A DNA stretch of 64,000 nt from Hypanus sabinus (Eukaryota), in assembly GCF_030144855.1 (NCBI RefSeq), contig NC_082739.1:14012001-14076000 (forward strand), read 5' to 3'. The stretch's first letter is position 1, and the number at the start of each line of letters is the position of its first letter. Shown here piece by piece: positions 11,231-21,300 of the stretch. Below the pieces are notes generated by a model that worked only from the letters and a program-made list of their open reading frames with translations, had not been told where the DNA came from and searched no databases. The translations under genes were made by a program, and so were the position numbers.

Positions 11231-13269
11231 CTTACTGGAAACTTACTTAGAGTCTGCGTCTGTGCTTGTCCAAGCCTGTTCTCACCCAAGCCTATTGAAG
11301 GCCTTTGTTACTGCGGGTCTTTATCTGATTCATTTCTGTATGTATTGTATGGCCACCAAAGTAATAGTGGTGACATGTTCATGTACAACTATAGTGAGCA
11401 TTTCATTGCTTTAGCCTCCAGAGGAAATGATTGCAATTGCCATTGTGGTAAATCTGGTAATTATTGGACTATTACTGAAGCATTGGTTAGTTTCTATCTT
11501 AAGGTTCTAATCTGATTTCACCCGTGATCGCAGTCCTAGTGGATTCTCATCAAAATGCCCAAGCCAAACTCAGCAGAGTTTTAGCAATTACTTACTGAGA
11601 GCACTATAAACAGATGCTATTGCTCCGTAACACCATGGAAAATGTGAGCAGACACAACATTCTGCCTTTGAAACACCGGCAGTCCGTGGGTTGTAGATGT
11701 TTTCTCAAACTATCAGAATAAGCAGTTTCCTCTGTCAGAGATTTCTTCCCAATTGCATTTCATTGGCACCCCAGAGTCACAGCTTAAAACAGCATTATTT
11801 ACAGTAACACAGACCACAAACCACACGACTAGTCACACCGGGGCTCTGTGAAAGTCAATGCTATGAGTGTATTTATTAGAGTTAGTGGGGGCCAGGGAGG
11901 TGTAGGTGAATCTGAATGAGTGAGTGTGTCAGTGAATGTGAGTGTGAGTGGAAAGGCTGGAGACAATGTGTCAGGGCTATCAATGAGTGTGTGTTGGTGA
12001 TTGGGAGCACAAGTATCTGGCTGAGTGTGCAGTGAGTAGGGCTGCTAGTGCAAGAGTTGGTAAGCACACGTGTATCAATGAGTATGTCGGTTTGTGGGAG
12101 TGGGAGTGCTGATGGGGTTGAGGTCCAATGGCGTCAATCCCTGTCAATGGTGTCCCCGGATGTGTTGAGTCAGTGAGTGATGAAGTAGGGCTTAGTGCAT
12201 ATGCCCAATCCTCCTGGCACATACTCTGTGGTACTCCTGCTGACTGGAGTGAAGCTGGGTCCAGGAAAGAAGGCTGATACACTGAGAAAGAAGATCAGCG
12301 CCGAGAGCTGGGGGCCAGGAAAGACTTTCCTAAGAGATCTAGGGTCGAGCAACAGGGTCAAGTTAGTGGTTGGGGGTCTGTCAACTCTGTGTTCAGGTGT
12401 TGGAAAAATGCGGATTGGAAAGGTGAAAGGTTGCATGCTGAGGCTGGGAATTGTTAATGCCTTATTAGTAGTGGCCAAGAAGACCAAAGGTAGGTAAGGG
12501 ATTTTTCTTCCAAGGGTCTCAACCCTGTGTCATCCCAAGTGGGACTAGATTAAGTTCACCCACAGTGCTCCAAAGTGTTCCATCATCTCCTGCCTGACAG
12601 CCTGCAAAATCAGGTCAACATTTGAAAAGAGCTGTATCTACAGGATGACATGGGAGAACAAGGCATTGTTGTCATGTCTCACTCAGAGTAAAGTCAATTT
12701 CAGTCACATAATGCTGAAAACCTTATGAATCTCCGGGCCACCAACAACTAGAGTTCTGCTGTGAAAGTTAACGTCCAGTGACACCTTCTTCCCTACCTCA
12801 GGAGCAGAATCAGATTTATTTCCCCTCCTTGCTCCTGCCCTTCTCAATTGCCCTGAGATGGTGGAATTGGGTTAGGACAGAGGTGGAAAAAGATGGAAGG
12901 GGCAGTGATGAAGAGTGTATTGAGGTAGAGTGGTAGAGTTGCTGCAAAGTTGGAAATAGCAGTGAGGAAGCTTTGATAAGGATGAGGCAGGATAGTGGAG
13001 ATGGGAAGGGATTGGATTGGAAGGGATGAAGCTTGATGGAAAGGGTGCTGTGAGTCTGGGAATGAGGGACAGGAGGCATTGAATATGGCGGGAATGGGAA
13101 GTGAAACGTAAGGGAGGTGTATCTCTAACCCAATAGGATGCACCAATTATCCGTATTTTAACATTTAGTTAGGCTAACTATCCTACGAATGGGTTTTGGT
13201 TCTTGATATCAGATGGAAGTCTGCCAAATGGTAACAATTAAACTAAAACCCAGACATCTATTTTAACAA

Positions 13270-14130
13270 TCTTACCCCAGCTGAACACATCATGGAGGAG
13301 GACAGAAATAAGAGGAAGTTCCGTACAATCTAACTGCCCAAAATCTCTCACTTCTGACCAACCAGTGGGGACTGTGGTCAACACAATGGCCTCATTGCAG
13401 TGTTCAATGGTCACTTATGAGACCATTTCTCCTCTGGCTCTGATATGCAGATCTAAAGCTGGATGGGAGGATGCTGTGTGAATCCCTGCCATTGTAAAAT
13501 AATGTCTTAGAGATACTTGAATCTTCCTGTTAATTTTCTGGGTTGTTGTGGAGAAAGGAATATATCAGACCCTTCAAATGGGGCTCCAAAAACAACAAAG
13601 TTTTACCATGAAAACATTTATAGTTGGCTAACAGCGTACTACAGAAACATAAGAGCTGAATATTTTAGAAAAATCATCTCCAACTTCCTTTGTCAAAGAA
13701 AGACAGACGGGAACACTCTATGGAAGGAAATGTGGTCAGAACTCTTGGGGATCACAGGCAATGATTCATGACCATGTGCCCTCTCAGCCCACTGACACGG
13801 GTGCCTCCCTTTCAGAAATGCCTAATGGCTCCTGCAGCAAACAGATCATGAGTTGCTGCAAAATAGCGCAAGGTGAAACCACTTCCGTCTGCCAGGGAGG
13901 AGCGATGTGACAGATAGCCTTATTGAAACAGCCTGCAAAGCTCGGAGATCAGAAAGCAGCGTTGTATCAAACCACACCACATCTCAGGGCTGCTCCGAGC
14001 AGAAGTCAGCTACCCACCCACCTCAAGTCAGCGGAGCAACCCATCACCTCAAAAAACAATTAACCCTTTGATACCTCAGCATTCAACAACAAAGTAAGAA
14101 ACGAATTTGATAAATCAGTATTACACCTGT
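13270..14130. promoter_or_regulatory. Candidate T-cell enhancer 3' of CD3E
   Basis: Cluster of ETS, RUNX, TCF/LEF, GATA and E-box motifs in non-repetitive DNA (details in findings). Confidence 0.45.
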
Positions 14131-14364
14131 GTAGTTTTTTTAATGAAGATTGTAGAGGGAGCATTTATCATCCACCTGATCTACTCTAGCCCTACCCTGG
14201 AGTGTTTGATGGGACAGAGGAAGGAGCTTTGGTTCAGTGTAACTTGTGTTAGACATACCCTGGGATTAGCTGATAGGGCTATGCATGCAATATTTTTAAA
14301 CCTGTGTGTTTTTCGAAATTTTAAAAATAAATTAATTCATTGTAGATATACATCCTTTAAGAGA

Positions 14365-14490
14365 ACCACAATCTTGTCATGGTTCGGAGGCTTACGTGCT
14401 TCAATGACCCGGAGAGCTATGTTGGCTGGAGTCAGGGCTTTATGCTTTGGCTCTTGGTAGGGTCACCCATGCCAAACAGGTCAAAGAGTG
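14365..14490 (+). mobile_element. RTE/Rex3-type 5' end fragment
   Basis: CTTGTCATGG..GAGGCTT..TCAATGACCC..GAGCTATG..TGGTAGGGTCACCCATG. Confidence 0.5.
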
Positions 14491-15009
14491 ACCACTCACC
14501 AAGCAAGCTCTAGCAAAGTCCCCAAAACAGAGACCATGACTTGCAGTCCAACAGAAACTATTGTTCACCCAACACTTTGACATGCCACAGGCTCTCTCGC
14601 TCTCAGTAACAAGGGACAACAGAGCAAGGTGTCACCCTTTCACAGCAAGGGGGGAGACCAGCAAAACAAACATGATGTTGCAGTCTGCCATGTCACTTTT
14701 ATTTGAGTTTCTTCGACTCGAGAATTGGCAGCAAACTCCCCCCCACCATCTAGAGAGACAGAGAGATCGCCCAAGTACAGAGGCCTCCGACAGCCTGATC
14801 TGCTGTTGGAATGTGATGATCCATTCTCCTGCAACGCCTCGGTCGGCAACACCAGCATGGAATCAGTTTGTCCACAGGGCTGCAGGGCCTCACCCTGACG
14901 TTGCACGTATTCCAGGCCACATCCTGGGGATATTGAAAGCAGCCAGTTGGTGAGCTTCGGAAGCAGGAACCATTGCCATAAGGAAAGGTATGTGTACAGT
15001 ATGTACACA

Positions 15010-15628
15010 CACACCCACCCCCCCCATAAAAAGTATTTGCCCCGCCTTGGAAGATTTCATGTTTTGTTGTTTTAAAACATTGAATCACCATGAATTTAAT
15101 TTGGCTTTTTTTGACATTGATCAACAGAAAAAGACTCATGCATGTCAAAGTGAAAACAGATCTCTACAAGGTGATCTAAATTAATTACGAATATAAAATA
15201 ATTGATTGCATAAGTATTCCCCCCCCCCCTTTAATATGACACAGCAAATCATCACTGGTGCAGCCAATGGGTTTTTGAAGTCACACAATTAGTTAAATGG
15301 AGATCACCTGTGTGCAGTCACGGTGTTTCAATTAATTGTAGTAAAAACACACCTGTGTCTGGAAGGTCCAACTGCTGGTGAGTCAGTTTCCTGGCAAAAA
15401 CTACACCATGAAGACAAAAGAACACTCCATGCAACTCCGCGAAAAGGTTATTGAAAAGCACAGATCAGGAGATGGATACAAGAACATTTCCAAGTCAGTG
15501 AATATCCCTCGGAGTACAGTTAGGCCAATCATCAAGAAATGGGAAGAATATGACACAGGGAGAGACTGCACATACAACTGGTGCCTGGGTGCTTCACCAA
15601 GAGGGGTGAATACTTTTTATAGGCAGTG
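15010..15628 (+). mobile_element. Internally deleted Tc1/mariner element
   Basis: MKTKEHSMQLREKVIEKHRSGDGYKNISKSVNIPRSTVRPIIKKW is a Tc1 transposase HTH. Inverted termini ATAAAAAGTATTTGCCCCC..TTGG / CCAA..GGGGTGAATACTTTTTAT, with an inner direct repeat near 15211. Confidence 0.85.
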
Positions 15629-17164
15629 GATGTATGTATAATTAGTATCAATTAGTCAATATATGAAATATTGATGTTTCTATGTGTGGCAGTGTAGCAT
15701 AATTTTTTGTACAGGACCTTTTCTGCCTTTTGGTCCCTGCAAAGGGGCACCCTTCTGTTCTTTGGAAGTATTCTAACCTGTTGTGTTGCCTTGACTTTCA
15801 TGATATATTCTGGCATTGGAATAGGGAGCAGCCCACATCCCTGGGCAATAAGTCTTCTTTACAGCAAACAGAGCAAGATTAAGCAAAGTATGTTTTCCCC
15901 TCCATCCCCCCCCCCCCACCCCCTTGTCACCTTCTGTTGAGGTGGTACTGTGTGCAAACTCAATGTGTGATTAAAACTTTGCCCTTTTCTCAGTTATTAT
16001 AGCAATAGACCAACTCCCAATCAAAGGTTCAGCCCCTTGAATGCAGAAGACCCACTCAGGAAGAATAAGGATATAAGTGAGTTGGACCAATTGCAATCCC
16101 AGATGAGATCAGGACAATGGTATTTGGATCCTGAGAAACATCAAAGTAAACAACAATTTTTAAACCATGGTCTCTGTGTTATGGACAATGGAGGCTGTTC
16201 AAAAGATATTTGCTACTCTAATCCCTGGGATGAGAGGGTTGTCCCAGCTCAGGAAATGTCACCTGTAATCTTTGGCATTTAGAAGAATGGAGGAAGGTCC
16301 AGAGAGACATGACAGGGTAGATGTTGAGATATTTTCACTCTTGGGTTAATCTCATATGAAGGGACATGGTAACAAAAGATTTCTTCTCTCAAAGGGCTAT
16401 GACTGCCTTGAATTCTCTACCCTGTAAGTTTGTGGAGGCTCAATGTTTGGAGTATTTAAAGAGGAAGCTGTAACCTTTTGAAAGGTTGGGGAACTGGATA
16501 AGACCTTGAGCAGATCTACCATTGTAGGATGGAGTTGCTTACTCCTAGTTCTATTTCCTATGTCCTTATTAGCTGTTAGAAAATAAAATTAGTAATTCAT
16601 CGTATGTAAGTGGAGATGCTGAGCAATTGGGTTTTGCCTACTTCCCATGCACTCAATGGAACAATTCCAAATGTCTAATAGGAGGCATAAAGTAAAATCA
16701 CCAACTTGATCAAAATCACAAGTGTTAATTTGCTACCAGTAGTGGCTCATGGGGAAGGGGCAGCAGGGAATGGTTCCACGAGATGTTATGGTGAGCAGCT
16801 ATGATGTACGGGCAGGGACTGAGGGGCTATCGAGTCCTTTGTGAACTGGCTTGTCCTGGCTGATCCAGAGCTTTGTGACTGCAACCCCCGGTGAGCTGGA
16901 CCTGTCCTCTCAGACTCCAGTTTTGGGCTGAGCAGATGCTGGCTAAGTTCTGAGGGGCAAGAAGGAGATAGACTTGTGTTCCTTCCTGTTCTCAGCTAAT
17001 GGGTTGCCAAGACCGGAGCAGTCCAGCTTTTAACCACTGTAAACCCCAAGATATTAACAAAATTGATGTTTTTGAAGGCTTTGGTAACTCCTCTTGTTGG
17101 AGACTGACATAGCCAACACTTAAGTAACTTCTGTCAACAATGAATACAGCTTTGTTTGTTTCTC

Positions 17165-17170
17165 TTTATT
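17165..17170 (-). terminator. Probable CD3E polyadenylation signal (AATAAA), giving a ~1.1 kb 3' UTR
   Basis: TTTATT on + strand, ~1.1 kb after the stop, followed on the minus strand by a GT/T-rich stretch (GCTGTATTCATTGTTG). Confidence 0.55.
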
Positions 17171-18258
17171 AAAACCAAAAAACATTGAGGAAACAACAAT
17201 TAGCAACTCTGTCACTGATACATAGAATGGCAACAATGTATTTAACTTGATAGTCAGACTATAGAGAAACACAATTAAATAAGAGGCTTTGAGATTACAT
17301 TAACAAGCTGAGTACATTTCAAAAGGCTAAGTAGAAAATGGCAGAGATTCTAACCTGGCCAAGGCATGAGATAAACTTGTGTTGAAAGCAGTGACGCTAA
17401 GAGATCTAGCCAAGCCAAACCAGTCTTGGAAAGAAACCTCAATTATCCTTAGTCTCATATCACATTATTCTTTCTCCAACAAAAAGCTGCTTAACAGAAA
17501 ACGCAGTGGTATCCTTTACAAGTAAACAGAGTCACAGAGCACAAAAATAATGCAAAACATTGGTCAGGCCTTGTGTGGAGTTTTGGATTCAGCTCCAGTC
17601 GCCAGACCATAATATTCTGAAGCTGTGGGGAGGGCCCAAGGAACTTGACAGGAGTGTTGGCAGGGATGGGGTATTTTTAGGGAAGCTGTGTTTTGCCCCC
17701 CACCCCCCCCACGACAGAGAATGTAACAGCAGATCTGTGGAGGTATGGAGCCGTGCATTATTTTGACTTGTTGAGTGCAACCATTGGTGAGGCCCTTGGT
17801 ATTGACAGTCATGCAGACCATAATGGGGCTGTAATGCACCCCAGGAATGAAGGAAGGAGAGTATATGAGATGGTGACGTGATTGTGCATCTGTTGTCATG
17901 GCTGCTCATTGCTTTAAATTGGGAGAATAGTAAAAACTGCGTGTACAGTATAATGGTGGGAAAATGGGAACAAGAGGGGAAATGACAAAGATAAGCAGTG
18001 TGAATACTACTACGTATACATACATCTCTGAAAAGCAGGTAATTAAATCCAGGAGCTGGGATAAAACGGTGAGAAAGTAAGGCGAAAGAATGGAGAGAGA
18101 TTTGGTTGGGAGGGGATGTGGGGGGAATTTACAGTGTGGCTGAGAAGGAAGAAAGGGGGAAGGAAAGACAGAGCAGGAAGGCATAGAGATATTGAGGAAG
18201 GGTGAAGAGAGCAACAGGAACAGAGAAGGAGATTCCAGTTCTTCCCTTGTCTTCTCAA

Positions 18259-18309
18259 TTAACGTTTTTGCAACTTGTCATAAACCTCTCGTTGTCCACC
18301 TTTGATTGG
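18259..18309 (-). CDS. CD3E: CD3E terminal coding exon (PIKGGQREVYDKLQKR*)
   Basis: Acceptor tttgtatttttcag|; completes the ITAM; TAA at 18261-18259. Confidence 0.92.
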   Translation of the reverse strand, partial: PIKGGQREVYDKLQKR

Positions 18310-21300
18310 CTGAAAAATACAAATGTTAAATCAAAAAAGGGAATAAACTTTATCAACAACATTTTGAATAAACACCAGTTAGAAATGTAGTAGCAAGGAC
18401 TAAGATGGGAGAGAGAAGTGCAAGCAAAGAGGTGCTTGTAGATGGTGAGGGAAAGATGAGGGGTGGAGACAGAAGGGGAAGAAGTGGAGATAAAAATTGG
18501 GGTGATATGGAAGGGAAAGGAAAATATGGAGTGGAAGGGAAGTTAAGGAAAGTGAGGGAAGGTGAAGGAAGGGGCATGGGGAGAGGGAGCAGTGCAGCGG
18601 GGGAGTAAAAGTTGAGGGGAAGGCAGCTAAGGAGGCAAGAAAAAAAGACATGGACAGACTCATAGAACATTTCAACACTGAACAGGCTATTGACCCCATC
18701 AGGCCTGTGATGGTGGTTGCGAAAAGTAATCTAGTTAGCCCCCAAGCTGCAATTTCTGACAATTTTTTTTCTTCTGAACTTAATTTTCATTTGAAGCCTT
18801 CTGCTACATTGGTAACCACCCTAATAGGCAGTCGTTGGTTTAATGTAGTAAAGGTGGTGATTGATTTATACACCAGATTTGTAAATCAGCATGGGATGTT
18901 TTACGTCCACCTGAGAGGGTGGCATGGTAGTTTTAGAACGCTGACTGTAAGATTGGGATTCACTTCCTGCCACTATCTGTATGTTCTCCCCGTAACTGCA
19001 TAGGCTCCTTCCAGGTTCTCTGGCATTCTCCTGCATTTCAAAGACTTACACCTGGTAAGTTGTGGGCATGTTATGTTGGGCAACACTTGTGTGGGCTGCT
19101 TCCAACACATCCTCAGACTGTGGTTGTTGGTAACCAACGCATTCCACTGCATGTTTCCATGTACAATCTTGAAAACCTTTGTCTGAAAGTCAACACTTTT
19201 TAAAACCGATCCATGATCTCAATGGTAGAGCCCATTCAGGGTTCAGTGCTCCCTCAATGGTGTCCTTCCGATTGCGTGGAGCCTATCTATCATTCCCCTA
19301 TCACACATTCCCTCAGGACTGTCTCTGCCCCAACTGTAGTCCCCTTCATACCTCACAGATCTTCATTACCACCTGATGCCCTAGTATTAGCCTAGGACTG
19401 CCCTACCAACTGTACACTGTTGTCTTCCCTTAGTACTGCACCGCAGTGTCAGCCAGGAGATTCAGAATAAGGAACGGGGACTTGAGCCAGAACTTTCTGA
19501 CCCAGAAGCATGATGGAAGGGGTCTTGTTGAGGATCCATAGTATAAGATGGGGAGTAGTCTTGCCTTATTGCCCCTTATTTTGCACTATGGACTCTCGAG
19601 TCCAAAGCTAGTGCCCTCAGACATTCACCACTGGACAAGGATAATATCATCTGAAAGTCTTTACCGCATATTCAGCTTGGTGTGCCGAAGTCATGGGTGG
19701 GCGACTTGGTGGGAAGTCATCGGGATTAAGTGATCGGAAATCTGGAAGAGAAAAGAGAATAGTAAATAAAGGGAAGCAGGACTTTCTCTGGCACCAACAA
19801 GGGACAACTAGCACCTACAATGTCCCATCAAAATGATCCCAGAACAGACACTATACAGTTAGAATACAGGTCCCTTCCTGAATGACCCTTCAGACATTCC
19901 CAGGACCAGGACAGCACAGGTTAGATACAGATTAGATTTCCAAAGACATTGTAAAAACAAACACTCCAGCAGCAACTACGACATGGATTAGATGTGGATA
20001 TGGTACTAAGTGAAGCTTCCTTTAATATACAAGTTTGAGAACACGCACCAGCAGGCTTAAGGATAGGTTCTATCCCGATGTTATCAGGCTGTTGAATGGA
20101 AGTCTCAAACACTAAAAGATGAACTCCTGATCTCTCAATCTACCATAGCTCTTGCATGTTATTTGTCTACCTTCACTGCACTTTCCCTGCAACTGCAACA
20201 TTATATTTTGTATTTGGTTTTCCTTTTTTATTACTGAGATTTGCTTAATTATGAAATTATCTGGAATGCATGCAAATAAGATTTTCACTGTATCTCAGTA
20301 CATGTGACAATAATAAACCAATTCCAACTCCGACTCCCACGGTTGGTGTCGAGAGGGCATACAACAGCAAGATGTACCAGCTAGCTGAGTGGTGCTGCAG
20401 CAACAACCTCACACTCAGTGGCAGTAAGACCAAAGAATTGATTATTCTTTGAAACAGACATCAGTCCTCATAGAGGGATCAGAAGTGGAAAGAGTGAGCA
20501 ATTTCAGGTTCCTGGGCATCAATGTCTCTGATGATCTAACCTGAGCCCAACATATCGATGCAGCCACAAAGAAGCCACGACGGCAGCTATATTTCATTAG
20601 GAGTTTGAGGAGATTTGGTTTGTCACCTAAAACACTTGGAATTTTCAACAGAAGTGCCATGGAGAGCATTCTAACTGGCTGCATCACCGTCTGGTAGGGG
20701 ATTTTGGGGGTGGGGGGGAGCTACTGCACAGGATTGCAGAGAGTTTTAAACTCAGTCAGCTCCATTTTGGTCACTAGCCTCCATAGTATACAGATCACCT
20801 TCAAGCAGCAATGCCTCAAAAAGTCGGCAACCATCATTAAGAACCCCTGTCACCAGGACATGCCCTCTTCTCATTGCTACCATCAGATAGGTACAGAAGA
20901 CTGAAGGCACACACTCAGTGATTCAGGAACAGTTTCTTCCCCTCTGCCATCCAATCCCTAAATGGACTTTGAACACATGAACATGATCTCACTATTTTTT
21001 TAATTCTATCTTTACTACTTAATTAATTAAACTATTTTATATATTTACTGTAATTCAGTTTTTTCTCTCTATTCTGTATTGCATTGCACTGCTGCCTCAA
21101 AGACAAATTTCATGACATGCCGGTGATATTAAACCTGTTTATGATTCTGTGATAGTAAAGCTCTGGTTACTTGAGCCCATTAAACATTCCCAACTAGATA
21201 TAATTGAGTTGGATACAGAGTTCAGTCTAATGAAGCAATCAGGCAATCGTGGTAGTTGTAGTGTGGATTAGATACAGATTAACATCTAGTCAAAGTCTCC

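Noticed and set aside
1-17000. CD3 gamma/delta gene expected by synteny
   Set aside because: No Ig, CxxC/TM or ITAM exon was recognised on either strand; the gene probably lies outside the window.
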